Part shown: piece by piece, positions 1 to 14,200 of the stretch | Layout of the letters: the number at the start of each line of letters is the position of its first letter | Position numbering within the stretch: position 1 is the stretch's first letter | NCBI RefSeq assembly: GCF_006345805.1 | Contig: NC_042999.1 | Coordinates: 30,380,001-30,444,000 of the forward strand | Length of the DNA stretch: 64,000 nucleotides | DNA from: Octopus sinensis | Taxonomy: Eukaryota | Direction: 5' to 3' | Position numbers and translations under genes: made by a program | Notes under the pieces: generated by a model | Seen by the model: only the letters and a program-made list of their open reading frames with translations | What the model was told of the DNA's origin: nothing | Database searches by the model: none

Positions 1-216
1 TAATAAACATCCGCTGCTGTAAATTTCAATCCCCTTCCAGCCCCATTTAGACCCCTTTTCACATTTTGGTTAATATAACCCGATTTCATTCAGGTCTACT
101 CGGCCACATTTTATGAGATGAGGAATTTTGTCCTTGAGGTCACGCCTTTCATTTCAGGAAAAAAATAATTGTAGAGGTTTGCATATCTTCAGCTCAACCG
201 ACCATATAATGCACAC

Positions 217-264
<48 letters not shown>

Positions 265-290
265 TATATGTACGTATATATATATATGTG

Positions 291-355
<65 letters not shown>

Positions 356-361
356 TGTATA

Positions 362-392
<31 letters not shown>

Positions 393-397
393 CTGTG

Positions 398-928
398 TTG
401 TTTTCATGCGGTTCATTCTAAGGCCTACTGCTACGCTATTGGTGTCCAATGTTTTTATCATCGTCTATAGCTGATCAATGGTTTCAGCGATGTGCACAAT
501 GTCATCTGCAAATCAGAGGTTTGTTAGGTGGTCGTCATTGAAATTCCTGATACCTGTCCAGTTTATGGCCTTGATGACCAATTCGATTCAGAGGGGATCG
601 AGTTTTGGTAACGTTAAATCTGTTTGCTTAAGCCCTTTCACAATTAGTCCGTTACTGGCCGTGATAGCAGTGTCATCTCCCTTATTTGTTCAGAGTTCAC
701 ATCACTGCGTACTTTAATATATTGCACTCTGATATTTTACCTTGTAGTTCAAGTGATTCCAATGTTACCTTCATCTCAACGCTGTCGAAAGCTTTATCTT
801 AAACAAGAAAAGCGATACACAGTGGAAGTTTGTCTTCTTTCGTTTTTCTATGGGCATATTGGAGTAAACATGTTATTTGTCGTAATATATTTCATAGAAA
901 AAACTTGCCTTCTCTTTTGGTTGTTAGT
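398..928 (-). mobile_element. RTE-clade LINE reverse-transcriptase remnant (inverted 5' segment)
   Basis: Minus-strand translation with stops and frameshifts gives QPKEKASF (~923-900), KLPLCIAF..DKAFDSVE (~830-775), KGLKQ, NL*FADDIVHIAE (~520-490) and [10 protein letters not shown] (~430-398). These are RT motifs in the order typical of RTE LINEs. Confidence 0.8.
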
Positions 929-1467
929 CGTCGATGTGGAAATGAAATGGAGTTGGAAATCGAGGAAGTAAACTGATACATCTACTTAGCGCTTAAAGTC
1001 AATACGCACCGAGAGATGGATGCTAAAGCGGCAGAAAGTATAATTGCAAGATTGAAGGCGTTTAACTAAATAAACCATGGCTAGACAATAACATACGTTC
1101 TAGATTCTTCGTTAATGCTGTCCTACCTACATTCTTATATGCAAGAGAGGACAGAAAATCGATTGGGTTCGAGGCAAGGTGCCATCGAAAGATCCAGTCG
1201 ATGAATATCATTGAGAGAGCATATTGAGAGGTGATAATTTGAGAACGAGTCGGAGTTAACAATGTGAACACGGTGTACCGAAAGCACACAAATTCCACGG
1301 CGCCAAATATATCACAAGATGCGCGTACACCAGGAGAACACGCGCAGATGTCGATTGGTAACCAAAGGATAGGATCAAGAAGGCTTACACGATTATGGGA
1401 AGACGATTTAGTTGAACAATTTCGGTTAAGAAGGAAGAGATTTGTGCTCTCTAAATTGGAAGGATAG
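929..1467 (+). mobile_element. RTE-clade LINE 3' remnant (RT thumb / C-terminus)
   Basis: Plus-strand translation gives EIEEVN*YIYLA, NAVLPTFLYARE, RERVGVNNVNTVYRKH and RLTRLWEDDL. This matches the RTE C-terminal pattern (IE.V..Y.YLG; VLP.LLY..E; R..W.DD) and continues the protein from where the minus-strand segment stops. Confidence 0.75.
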
Positions 1468-1809
1468 TGTGCCCAGCGATGCATAACAGCATTTCATGAT
1501 ACTTTGATACACACACGGACGCAAGAACACACGCACACACAAACACGTGTGTGTGTATTTTTATATTTATACATATCTAGAGTTTTATGTAATCTGTTAT
1601 GACGATGTTACTAACATTTTCTGTGAGAAGAATTTTTTTTTTGTAGTGTGTCATCGCTTTTGTTAAACCTTTTCAAGCACAAGTGTTCTGAAAGAGAAAG
1701 CTATTACATTTGTGATAATGTAGTATTATTTCCAGTTTATTTTGAGGCCTTTGATTTTTATCACAAGTATTCGTTTAACATTGTTTATTATATAGAATGT
1801 TAGCTATTT

Positions 1810-2330
1810 TCGGTTTAATTTCGGATTTGAATTCTTATAAACTATTCTTTTTCATTTCGTAAGTGTACATTTTCATCATGTATTTTGTAAAATGGGAATA
1901 TTTAAAAATTTCCAAGTTCACATATATCTAGATGTTCACTCCATGGGACATTACTAAGATTTGAATATCTAATTTGTTGTTTATGGACATTTACACGGCT
2001 GGTCAATTTTCTTCCTGTCTCTCCCATTTAGTTTACATTGCATCTTGGGGATGTGATGCAGTAGGTGTGGATTTTGTTTTGCCATTCACTTTTAATTCCT
2101 TCACATTCTTGAGTCTTTTATTTGCCCCTTGCTTAATTAATTCGCACGTCCCACAACGGCCGTCTCCACAGTCAGCTACTTACATCGTCTATTTTTTCAA
2201 ACGTGAATCTCGCCGTTGTTAGGAATCAACAGTTGATAATTTGTGATTTTTAAAATTATTCATTGGACATATAGTGATTGATATAGAATTGTGAGGTATC
2301 ATTTGGCTGAGGGAAGGACATTGCTTTTTC
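1810..2330 (-). mobile_element. Degraded Penelope-like element: Cys linker and GIY-YIG endonuclease
   Basis: Minus strand gives CGDGRCGTC (2170-2144), then MGETGRKLTSRVNVHKQQIR...SEHLDIC..GNF*IFPFYK. This is the PLE Cys linker followed by GIY-YIG, with stops and frameshifts. Confidence 0.75.
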
Positions 2331-2419
2331 TAGGATTAGTGATATTTTGCTTCATTTCCCTGATTGCTGATAACAGTGCATCACTTTCAATGACCCTTCT
2401 TACTTCACTCACGCTTTTC

Positions 2420-2850
2420 GCTAATAAGCGATGACTAAGTAACCGACGTCCAAGTGATATTCTTGGGGATCGAGTCCTCGAGGATCTTGAAAGTTAAGAA
2501 ACTCTGTTGGAAATTTTGTAACCTGATCGAAGTAGGTAGCGGTGTCAACTGATCTGCAACAACGTTCTTTAGAAGGTAGCTGACTGACTATTTAAGAGTG
2601 TTGACAGCTGAATTTGTAGGTGCAAGAACATATTCCGTTGTAAGATTTTGGTAAACGGCAAAAAGAAGTTAACAGGGTTGGAGACCGTGTCGTTATTGGT
2701 GATAGTGCCAATATATCCGTTCTCGTCGGCTGTAATTTTTACATTGCCGATATTAAGAAGCATTTCCTAAATTTTGTCGTAGGTCGATCAGTCTGTAGCA
2801 GTGATCGCATGTTGATTTTTGGGTTGTTTCGATTGCATATGTAACCAGAG
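2420..2850 (-). mobile_element. Helitron PIF1-type helicase remnant
   Basis: Frameshifted minus-strand pieces INMRSLLQTD, LLNIGN, VLAPTNSAVN and SVDT...FPTEFLN...GLDPQ..L.VG match the Helitron Pif1 helicase pattern (NMR..LL.IG.G..AILAPTN..SID..YP.EFLNS..GLPPH.L.LK.G). Confidence 0.75.
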
Positions 2851-2861
2851 GAGGGATTAAG

Positions 2862-2911
<50 letters not shown>

Positions 2912-2932
2912 CACACTTGTATATATATATAA

Positions 2933-3792
2933 TGTGTGTGTATGTGTATGTATATGTGTCTGTGTGCACTTTTTTGTGTTTGTGTGTATGTGGTAAACTG
3001 TGATGGGGTACTATAATCTAAACCAATTTCGATGTTTAGAACTCAATATAAATAATAGTGAATTTAACTCATTCACTCAGATGTAAGAATTCGGCACCTC
3101 TTAAAATATGTGAATGTTAGGCTCCACTTTTAATTCAGACATCTGGACTGTACCCCAACACTGGTTTAGCTTAGTATCATATCATATACTCTATAAATGT
3201 GCTTCCGTTTCGACGTTGTTTAGATTCTTCAGGGAAGATCTATCATATTGCATGTAATTCATTTGTTTTAATATTATATTATTTTCTTAGTGTTTTCCAT
3301 ATTGAGTTACTTGTTAGAGCTACTACGAGTAGCTAATGTTTTATTTCTTTCCTGAAAAAGACATATCTAAATACAATAATTTAAATGGCGTGCAATGCCA
3401 CACGTCTGGTAACGTGGAGTTCTAAACAGGTTTAGATGTTAGGAATTCAGAGTTATTCCTTTTTGGCTTCTTTTTTCCTCCTAGATTTCAGGATTTATCC
3501 TCAACAGTGATGATCATCAAACCTGTAGTCCAATGCACAGCTGCACCAATTTGTATGCCGTTTCGAGGAACCTCAATGCTATAAACTATGCGTAACGTTG
3601 CGTTTAATCAAACAACACTCCAAATCACTGTGTTTGTTCCTAATTCCGAGCGCTTGTGTACCTGTTCCTCAGGTATTTGTATAAACTTTGTCGACTGTTG
3701 TTACGAGCAGCACTTTTACATTTCGCATATTCTTGCTTTGCTCTCAGGCATGAAAACAGAACTAATTCTCCGTATTCTCTACATAATACCTT
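2933..3792. repeat. 860-bp direct repeat, copy 1 (contains a degraded PLE 3' end on the minus strand)
   Basis: Near-identical to 12,368-13,225; by eye I found one substitution and two 1-bp indels. The minus strand holds IVYSIE..RNGIQ-IG..CALDYRFDDH (GIY-YIG-like, frameshifted) and a hammerhead-like remnant at 3202-3237. Confidence 0.9.
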
Positions 3793-4384
3793 AAACGACA
3801 GAGAAATAGTTTGATGATATGTTTGACAATAAAAAATTTTCTAATAACACGAAATACGTAGCTCAAAAATATGTAAATAATTTATATTATCATACTTAAT
3901 GAATAAATTGCTTACATATCTGCATTAATTTAAATCGTAAAAGTTACTTGCAAGAGTATACAGAATATAAGAAATCTCCTCGGCTGTAAGTAAATCCCGG
4001 ATGAATATATTTTCGATTTAAAATTATTACGCAAATTAAACATATTTAGATATTATGCAGGCGTGTAATTAATTTATTTATTAATACATGTAATAATCAA
4101 AAACATTTATAGCTTTTAATCTATGAAACAATTTATCATGATATCATAATTATACTCATTATAATATAACATTTCAGCAATATATTTCTCTGTCAATTAT
4201 GAATTCATTGACTACTTATTGTTTTCTCTCGTTGTGCACTATATATGATTTTTCTATGGTTTTGTATAGTGATAAATTAAGGAGTTATTATCAGTGCTAC
4301 AGTATTATTTGAATCTGTATGTTGTGAAATCATTTACATTCATACATACATACATATATATATATAATATATATATATATATAT

Positions 4385-4426
<42 letters not shown>

Positions 4427-5294
4427 CATATTTCAGTGATATGTTCAAAGGTTACTTTTCTTATGAAGTAGTTAGGTGAGTTTACAGAGATTTAGCTATT
4501 CAATAGCGGGTGGCCGTGTAAGTGTGTGTATGCTTCCTACTTCAATACTAATGAATTAAAATTAGACGATACCTTCTTGATGCGGCTAAAAGATTGTTCA
4601 GTGATGTTTTATATTATTGATTTATTCTCACATAATCACAGATTAGTTTTCTTTCGAATGGAATTTGACACAATCAATTGATGAAATATTAATAAATGAA
4701 ATAACGCATCGCAAAATTTTTTTAGCAACAAAATTGATTACTGTTTTACTGTTATTTGTTTAGTTTATCTTTTGATTTTAAAGCAATGCAATTAAATGTA
4801 TATACATATTTTGATAGTCTAGATATTGTTAAAAATCTAAAATCAGTTAGCATTATGCCAGTGATGATTTTAAACATTTTTGCCAGTCCTCTTCCGAAAG
4901 CATATTTAAACAAAGGGAGAATCCTGGGGGTTATGTTCTGGAGCTATAGGTAGTGGTTAGTGCAGAGTATTTAGGGCTAGGCATAAAATGTTTCATAAGA
5001 GAGTAGAGACAAATGAGTAAAAAGTGAGAGAATGGAGGATGTATCAAAGCTTAGATGAAGGAACACTGTCAAATGTAGAAGCAACAGAAATGAGCGAAAT
5101 GTAAGAACAGTAGGGAAGAGAGTAAGAAACGTGCGTATGCCAGGTTCTGAAGGTTGTGTACCAGTGATTATCAGCCCATTAGACAAAATATATTTGTGTT
5201 TATTCGCAGCACTGTAATAGTGACAGTTATATCAAATTGAAGCCCTGTCTTGAACCGACAGATTTATTATTTTATTATAAATATTTCAACAATA

Positions 5295-5766
<472 letters not shown>

Positions 5767-7812
5767 GAGAGAGAGAGAGTAATAAAATCAATCCATGGTC
5801 CTCGAAGAGCAATTATTTGTACATAAAAGAAAAGCGTTTGATATTGATACACACCATGATAAAGAATACAGGGTGTATATTTGTCAATAGTATATGAAAT
5901 ATACAATGCTAATTCTCGATGTGTTGGTGAGGAAGTTAATGTATTTGCCATAGTTGTATAGTTTTATATCGTTGTCATTATATATTTTGAACCATATACT
6001 GTATTATTTGTTCAGTGAAACTAGTAGGACATAAAATTACATAGCTGCTCTGAAAATATTTTATTTCCAGTGTTTTATCTTTTATTGCACCACGTTATTA
6101 TATTTGTGACTTTATGTAAGGTATACTGATGTTTATTGAAAAACAAAAACAATAACAACGTTGCATTGTGTAACTATTTACAATAATGGCATTCAAAAAC
6201 ATTTATTTGTTGCGTTTTACTTGTTTTATATTGATAATTATAGTAAATGTTTTATTCATGAAAACAAAAATAATAATAATTTATAATATTTGAAAATGAT
6301 TAATTACATTGCTAAAAGAATAATTAGAGTATATAATGAAATTGCATTAACATTCTGAATATATTAAGTGTTATTTCCTCTGGTGAGTCTACGTATGCAA
6401 GAATAAAATGAAACATAGAGAGATCTGAAGTTTTGTAGATGTACCAGACATTATATTAAAATTAGTCAACTAGATTCTACAAATCAGCTATTATTCTGTG
6501 TAAAAACCTTCTATATTAGCAATTTCATTGCACTTGGGAATGTTCATCAGATTACAACAATATGAAATTATATATGTTCAAAATAAATTTAATCAAATAT
6601 ATATTCTCCACTTTTTAGTAAAAGTATAACAATTTATTGCTGGAGCATTTACGAAGACCGCAATATATGTCCTTGTTAATCGCACTCAGATTCCTTCAGC
6701 TGTTTATGAATCTTTCTATTGATATTCTTCGTACATTTCATGAGAGCCAGGATGATGATATTAAATTTAGCTACTATCTCATAATTCACTTTTTATTGCC
6801 TTCTGCGTAGCTCCGTCGAATCTCAAAACTGTTCATATTCGAAACCTTTCTGTTAGAGTATTCACTACATTGTGTCGTCGAAATGCAACGCAGACACAAC
6901 TGTCATAAGTGTTTGACATATCCGTCCCTGATAAATTCTCATAAGTATGACGCCTTATTTCAATACGTCTTGCGAACATGAACGCTTTCTCTAAATTTGA
7001 ATATACATTCGAACAGTTTGTATAACCTAGAGGGTTGGTCACCGCTTTCCTTTTTCTCCATCAATGATATCTACATATACGAGAGTGTGGTAAGGAAAGT
7101 GAGACAGGACGTTGGATAGTCACAGGATCAAATACAGCAAACTCAATTTTGATTATCTCAGATCCAGTATGAGAATCTATTAAGTAGAAAAGTGTTTGAG
7201 GTAAAACGTATCCAGGAGACCGAAAGAAAACTAAATGAAATACCAAGTATATAGATAACAATCTCAGCGACCTCTAGACTATGATGTTATCACAATTCCA
7301 AAGCCTCGGATTTTTAAAAGGTGAAATGAAACGTTGTGATCAAACAGTAAAAGAACAATAACATTTTGGAGCACCCAATAAGAAAGCAAGAAATGAATAC
7401 ACGGTTCCTGTAAAATATGACAGAAGTAAGAAGCAGGATATGATTATGGAAATATCCTGAAAAACAAATATATAACCAAAGACAGCATTGGTAAATATAT
7501 TGAGAAAAGCAACATGCTCAGAAATAAATCTCCACAGGCAAGATAATAAAACGTCCAGCAAACCGCTTAAAGCTAGGTTTATACTATTTACGGTAATCAG
7601 CGAAAAATATATCCTGTTTATAGATTGAGATTTAACAATAATTGAATTTGCATAAACGATATGCTATATATTAAGAAGCAAATATTGTCTTAAGAATAAT
7701 TGTCAAATAACTAGAAATGTAGAGATATATCAATATATTCCGGACGAACAAACACAACAGCACACAAACAAATAATAAGCAAGTTTACAAATACATATAT
7801 ATAATATATTAT

Positions 7813-7845
<33 letters not shown>

Positions 7846-8110
7846 GTGGTGTGTGCGTGTGTGTGTGTGTGTGTGTATGTCTTTATAAACATATATAGAT
7901 AGATATGCATCGATGTATGCATACATTCGTGTGTCTGATTTTTGTTACATATAAGAACAGATTTCAAGAAAGCCTAATGAATTTTTGAGTAAAAAGATCT
8001 AAAAGAGAAACAGAGAACTAGCAACATAAAAGGGGGAAAGAGATAGGGGCAGAAAGAGCTAAATGTTGCTAATCGGTACTTCTCTATTATATATAGATGG
8101 ACCAGGACGT

Positions 8111-8173
<63 letters not shown>

Positions 8174-8746
8174 CTTTTCTCTCTCTCTCTTTCTTTTCTT
8201 TTCCCTCTTCTCTGTCACGTGACTGTTGGCCGAAATCTGCCTTTCAGCTCCTGACCCTCGTCGTGTTAACATCGTTGTTCTTCGTCCGCCGCTATAAAGG
8301 CTTTTTCCAATGCGCCAGAGAAAAAATTTGTTTGCTTGTTATCAGTCGTAAGACACTTGTTGTTTTCACCGTTAATGCTTCTGTATTTCATGTTTCTGTA
8401 TTCCATTATTGTTTTTTGTTTTTTTTATATCTGTCCCTTTTGCTGTCCTGGTGTTCGTATGCATTCGATCCTTCTTCCAGAAATCTACGCTTCCAGCTTA
8501 GTTTTTTTGGAGGGCTGGCCGTGATCTAGTAATCTCAAGATTAATCAGCCGAAATTACTACGATGATCCGGTTCTTGACTGAAGACTGAGGGGTTCGAAT
8601 GTCCTGTCCATGTTTATTGTATCGTCTTCTATGAGTTATACGTTCTTGTCCATGTTGTATTTTTCTACATACCTTAATATATATATATATATATAATATA
8701 TACACATATATATATATATATGTATATTATATATATATATATATAT

Positions 8747-8795
<49 letters not shown>

Positions 8796-8798
8796 TAT

Positions 8799-8832
<34 letters not shown>

Positions 8833-8900
8833 CATATATATATGTATGCATGTATGTATTTATATATATATATATGTATATATATATGTATGTGTAGGTA

Positions 8901-9080
8901 TATGTTTGTCCCCACAACATCGCTTGCTGGTGTATCTACATCCCCATAACTTAGCTATACGGCAAATGGTACTCATGGAATAAGTACTAGGCTTCCGAAG
9001 AATAAGTATTGCGGTCGACTTGCTTGACTAGTGGTGCTGCTCCAGCATGGCCGCAGTCAAATGACTGAAACAAGTAAAAT
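8901..9080 (+). mobile_element. SINE 3' half (same family as 5295)
   Basis: Shares GAATAAGTACT..GCTT and GCTCCAGCATGGCCGCAGTCAAATGACTGAAACAAGTAAAA with the 5295 copy. Confidence 0.8.
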
Positions 9081-9551
9081 AATATATATATGCATATATA
9101 GTGTTTTATTATTACTACATATGTTTTGTGATTGGGAGATTAACTTAGCCAATAAAAAATAGCACAGCGTGTGTACTACAGGCGGTAGTATGATTACACA
9201 TCAACTGGTTAACTAATTAACTGATGCATACTTTAAACTGAATTTAGTCAATCATTCAGTTGGTAACTCCATTCCCTTCGCCACAGGCTTCGACATTGTC
9301 CAAGATGTGAACCCTCTGATCTTCAGTCGCAAAAGGTCGATCAAAGAATTAATTAATCAATTACTGAACTGTTAACACAGAGTCATTAAAATTATATGAA
9401 ATGCAATATCACCGTGTGTTTTTATTACCAAATTATCTAATTTACTGTATATCTTTCCACACATATTATCCTCAAGAATCTTAGAAAAACTAACTCTATA
9501 TATACATACATATACAAATAGAGTCACACACAAGAATTTATATACACTCCC

Positions 9552-9646
<95 letters not shown>

Positions 9647-9949
9647 GTATGCATGTATATATATATACATGTATGTATAAACATATATATCTGAGTGTGT
9701 TGGGTTTGTGTATGCGTATATATCTACACATGTGCTAATGTGTAGGCCGACACATATATTCATACAGTTATCTATGAATGTGAGAGTGTACTACTCTCTG
9801 AAACTCTGTAAGTATATGTGTATAGTTTTAGATATTTGCATGTATTGCTATGCAAATAAATTGAAATGGAACATTGCTTTCAATCGACTTACGTCTGTAG
9901 AAGATTACAATTTAATACATGCTTTCACCATACAATTACATCTGCTTAT

Positions 9950-10540
9950 AAGAAACTCAGTCAAACAGATCAACATCCACACTGAACTGGTGTAATATTC
10001 GCTTGGTTAGCAACTGTGTACACATTGTTGTTTGTCGGTTGTATCTTATTGTACCAGCAGAGTCAATGTGAATTGACTAAAGCTCTTTCGTTATTGTTCA
10101 AATCTTATTTATTGTAGTAAAGTATTAGTTAAGAACTTCGAACGTCTTTGAATAAACTTGACAAAGAAAACTCGGTGATTGGAGGATGGGAATATTTAGA
10201 GTGCATTTGTCTTCCCTGCAATTCCTACTTTTCTATTACGTTATTCACTGTTTGATCGGATTAGAACGTTATCGTTTTTTATTCTTTATGTTTGTATATT
10301 CTTGTTTGGTTTCTAGTAATGGACTGACAATGGCTTTCAAAAAACCTTCCAGATCAGTTATATCGATTTCCTGTGCTGTCTAGTCAGTGGATGAAGAAGG
10401 TGGTCGTCTCACATAAAATAATAATTTCATGCTTGATGGTCTAAAGTAAATTTTTGTTTTCTTTTCTGCTTGTGTGTTATACAGAAGGATGTGAATGGTT
10501 GTGAACGATACATATATTAGGTTTGATGCTCTATTGTGTG
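9950..10540 (-). mobile_element. Possible highly degraded Penelope-like remnant
   Basis: Fragments SRNCREDKCTLN and RFEQ*RKSF resemble the CNCR..CPL and RYN.H.KSF motifs of some invertebrate PLEs. The region is heavily disrupted. Confidence 0.35.
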
Positions 10541-10604
10541 TTAATGTCTGATAATGAAACCGTCATCACGCAAGAACTTATTAGGACCTATATTGCCTAT
10601 GCTC

Positions 10605-11298
10605 TATGATCTAGAGCATCTTATCCTGCTAGTCAAGAAAGATATTGACAATTTTGGGCTGTAACTCAAAGTCAAGAAAACGAAGATCATGCCAACAGCA
10701 GCCACAACAAACGTTATCATCAAGATCGATAATGAAGAGATCAAAGTGGTTGATGATTTCATCTTCCTTGGCTCCAAAGTTAATCGAGATGGTCACTGCA
10801 CTCCAGAAATAAGGCGGCGGATAGTACTAGGCAAGAGTAGAGACATCAGCCTCGTTACCTAATGCAGATTGGTGAATGCAATCGTCTTCCCAATAGCAAC
10901 ATATGGATGCGAGAACTGGACACTAAAGAAAGCTGCCTAGAAGAGAATTAATGCATTCGAGCTTTGGTGTTGGAGAAGACATTTCTGGATTCCATGGACA
11001 GCGAGGCTCACCAATGGAAAAGTTTTTAATCAGATCAAGCCGAAACTGTCGCTAGAAGCTAGGATCACCAAGCATAGATTGACATATTTTGCTCATATTA
11101 TGCGGTGAAAATCCTTGGAGAAAGACATCATGCTGGGAAGTTTCAGAGGCAAGAGAGGAAGAGGCCGACCAAGAACCCGCTGGCTTGACACCATCAAGAG
11201 TGACACGGGAATGGACAATCTAAAAGAAGCGACCAAGGATAGAACTGGCTCGAGGACACTGATACATCGAGTAACCCTGAGTCGATTTCCCCTGAACG

Positions 11299-11303
<5 letters not shown>
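10605..11303 (+). mobile_element. 5'-truncated RTE/BovB-type LINE, pseudogenised
   Basis: GL*LKVKKTKIM..EEIKVVDDFIFLGSK..EIRRRIVLG/KSRDISL..IVFPIATYGCENWTLKK..RINAFELWCWRR..IPWT..LEKDIMLG..GKRGRGRPRTRWLD. It has several stops, an apparent ~11-codon deletion after RIVLG, and ends in a (GATA)n tail. Confidence 0.92.

Positions 11304-11394
<91 letters not shown>
11300..11394 (+). repeat. (GATA)n microsatellite, 3' tail of the RTE element
   Basis: Perfect GATA array that starts at the RTE stop codon. Confidence 0.95.
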
Positions 11395-11395
<1 letters not shown>

Positions 11396-12367
11396 TCTAT
11401 GCTCTAAATTAATTTCTCAATATATGTGCTAATATTTTATACTGTTCAATTACCACGTTTTCAGCCTTACGTGCCATATCTCCACATAAATAAAATTTAC
11501 CTAACAAGATCATCTTTTAGCAACGACATATCATATTCTTTCTTGATCCAATATACATGGCATAAATTTAGTATCAGAAATATTCTTGATAAAAATATAT
11601 CTCAATCATTTATGATAAATTTTGTTAACTGAAACTAATAATTTCAATTGAATTTAAAGAGTAGTTCAAATACTTGCACCATTTTAGCTTTGATCCCAAA
11701 GCGTTACTTATTGGTTGAGTCTCTGTAATAAAACGTCAGCCTTTTTAAGTTGTATTTTTGTATTTGGTGGGCATAATATATTTGGCGAGGTTTGTTTCAT
11801 CTATCGTCCCCGTTGTAATGAGTTTCATTTCCAAGTCAACTGAATTACAAACATTCCAGCAGATTTCTGACTCAAAGATTAAAATAGCATCTTCATCTGT
11901 TTCTCTGAGATATCTGAAAATGTGTGTGGGCTGTTTCACTCGTTCTGCAATCAAGGAATAGAAATGATAATCCGATTCCAATATGTCTCTAATTTGTGAA
12001 TATGTTTGTGGAATATAAATGTATGAAGAACAAATACGAACTTCATAAGATCTGTTATAAGAACATGAAGACAGGCTTTAAAAATATTAGCAATCGATTG
12101 AATACAAATAAAAGAGTATTTTAAGATAATAAAGTTGCCTTCATTTGCTTAAAGGAAATAATACTGCATTACACAATTTTTCCAAATATACATTTTATTT
12201 TATATTTATATATATATACAAGCCATAGCTGTATATGCTTTATCAGCATAGATGCAAATAAGATGATTCAAGCAGAATATATATATACACACACACACTC
12301 ATATATATATATATATAAATATACAGACATGTCAACATATATGTGTGTGTGTGCGTGAGAGAGAAAG

Positions 12368-13225
12368 TGTGTGTGTATGTGTATGTATATGTGTCTGTGT
12401 GCACTTTTTTGTGTTTGTGTGTATGTGGTAAACTGTGATGGGGTACTATAATCTAAACCAATTTCGATGTTTAGAACTCAATATAAATAATAGTGAATTT
12501 AACTCATTCACTCAGATGTAAGAATTCGGCACCTCTTAAAATATGTGAATGTTAGGCTCCACTTTTAATTCAGACATCTGGACTGTACCCCAACACTGGT
12601 TTAGCTTAGCATCATATCATATACTCTATAAATGTGCTTCCGTTTCGACGTTGTTTAGATTCTTCAGGGAAGATCTATCATATTGCATGTAATTCATTTG
12701 TTTTAATATTATATTATTTTCTTAGTGTTTTCCATATTGAGTTACTTGTTAGAGCTACTACGAGTAGCTAATGTTTTATTTCTTTCCTGAAAAAGACATA
12801 TCTAAATACAATAATTTAAATGGCGTGCAATGCCACACGTCTGGTAACGTGGAGTTCTAAACAGGTTTAGATGTTAGAATTCAGAGTTATTCCTTTTTGG
12901 CTTCTTTTTTCCTCCTAGATTTCAGGATTTATCCTCAACAGTGATGATCATCAAACCTGTAGTCCAATGCACAGCTGCACCAATTTGTATGCCGTTTCGA
13001 GGAACCTCAATGCTATAAACTATGCGTAACGTTGCGTTAATCAAACAACACTCCAAATCACTGTGTTTGTTCCTAATTCCGAGCGCTTGTGTACCTGTTC
13101 CTCAGGTATTTGTATAAACTTTGTCGACTGTTGTTACGAGCAGCACTTTTACATTTCGCATATTCTTGCTTTGCTCTCAGGCATGAAAACAGAACTAATT
13201 CTCCGTATTCTCTACATAATACCTT
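12368..13225. repeat. 860-bp direct repeat, copy 2
   Basis: Matches 2933-3792 at an offset of 9,433-9,435 bp. Confidence 0.9.
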
Positions 13226-13559
13226 CGTACAAATGAACAAAATTATTCACTAATTTATATTTTGAATGTATAGGGAAGACCCATACCCACACCATGTATG
13301 TGGTATGCAATTTGTTGTAATCCTTCAATGGTTGGATTTTTATAAGACTCACTTTGGTATAGAGTAAAACCAGTGAAGACACGACTATATCTCACCGCCT
13401 ACTACATATTCTTTATTTTGGCATTACAGCTATAACATTGAGGAAACAGCGCAAGGACAGAACACTGCAATGGTTACAAAAACACAAAAAAAACACACAA
13501 AAATGATAATAAGATGTTATATAATGAAAGTGAAATGGCTGCATGTGTCACTCTTCCAT

Positions 13560-14200
13560 ACAGTACCATTTGAACGTTTAAATACACTGTTTATAATCGT
13601 TAAAGTTTCCTTTGATTTTTTCCATCTCTTTTTTTTCTGTTTATAATATTTCATAAAAGGTTCGAGATCTTTCGGTTCTACCACTGGTGGCAATTAATTG
13701 AATTCCACCGTTATTCCTGTCTGATCAATTCCTCTTCCACACATATCTTTCAGCTTGTTATACCTCTCTTTGCCGACCACAATAGCCTCCACGTTCTCTG
13801 AATATACATGTGGGCAGCTTAACCCTTATAATGGACTTAAATGTCATTATTTTCCGTTTAGTTTCTTTATATTTAGCATATGTCAGAAAATCCATCGATA
13901 ATTTTTCGCATTTCTTAATTTTTTCCCTTTCCTGCTCTACTCCTGGTACGTTTCTCTTTTTCCTCCTCCACTCTAAAAAGTCTCTCCATATCACATTCAT
14001 ACTGTTGTTCTCCTAGATCCTTAGCCTCCACTGGTATAACCAATGTATTTGCTGTTGTCTCTTCCTTCTGCAACTTATATTTGAGCTCCTCTTCAAGATG
14101 CTTTCCAATCTTCTTGTCAATCATCATTTCAACTTTCTCCCTTCTGAATTCATACAGAGAATTTCTTGCCTGACAAAAGCAAGAAGTTCTGTCTACTCTG
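13560..14200 (-). mobile_element. Possible degraded non-LTR ORF1 (gag-like) remnant
   Basis: Purine-rich minus strand with YSENVEAIVVGKERYNKLKDMCG..ITVEFN*LPPVVEPKDLEPFMKYY, which resembles the RRM of L1/Tx1 ORF1. There is no decisive motif. Confidence 0.3.

Noticed and set aside
6515-6552. Minus-strand CUGAUGA..GAAA hammerhead-like string (similar weak cases at 8,579 and 29,704)
   Set aside because: Stems I/II are 2-3 bp or absent; expected by chance in AT-rich DNA.
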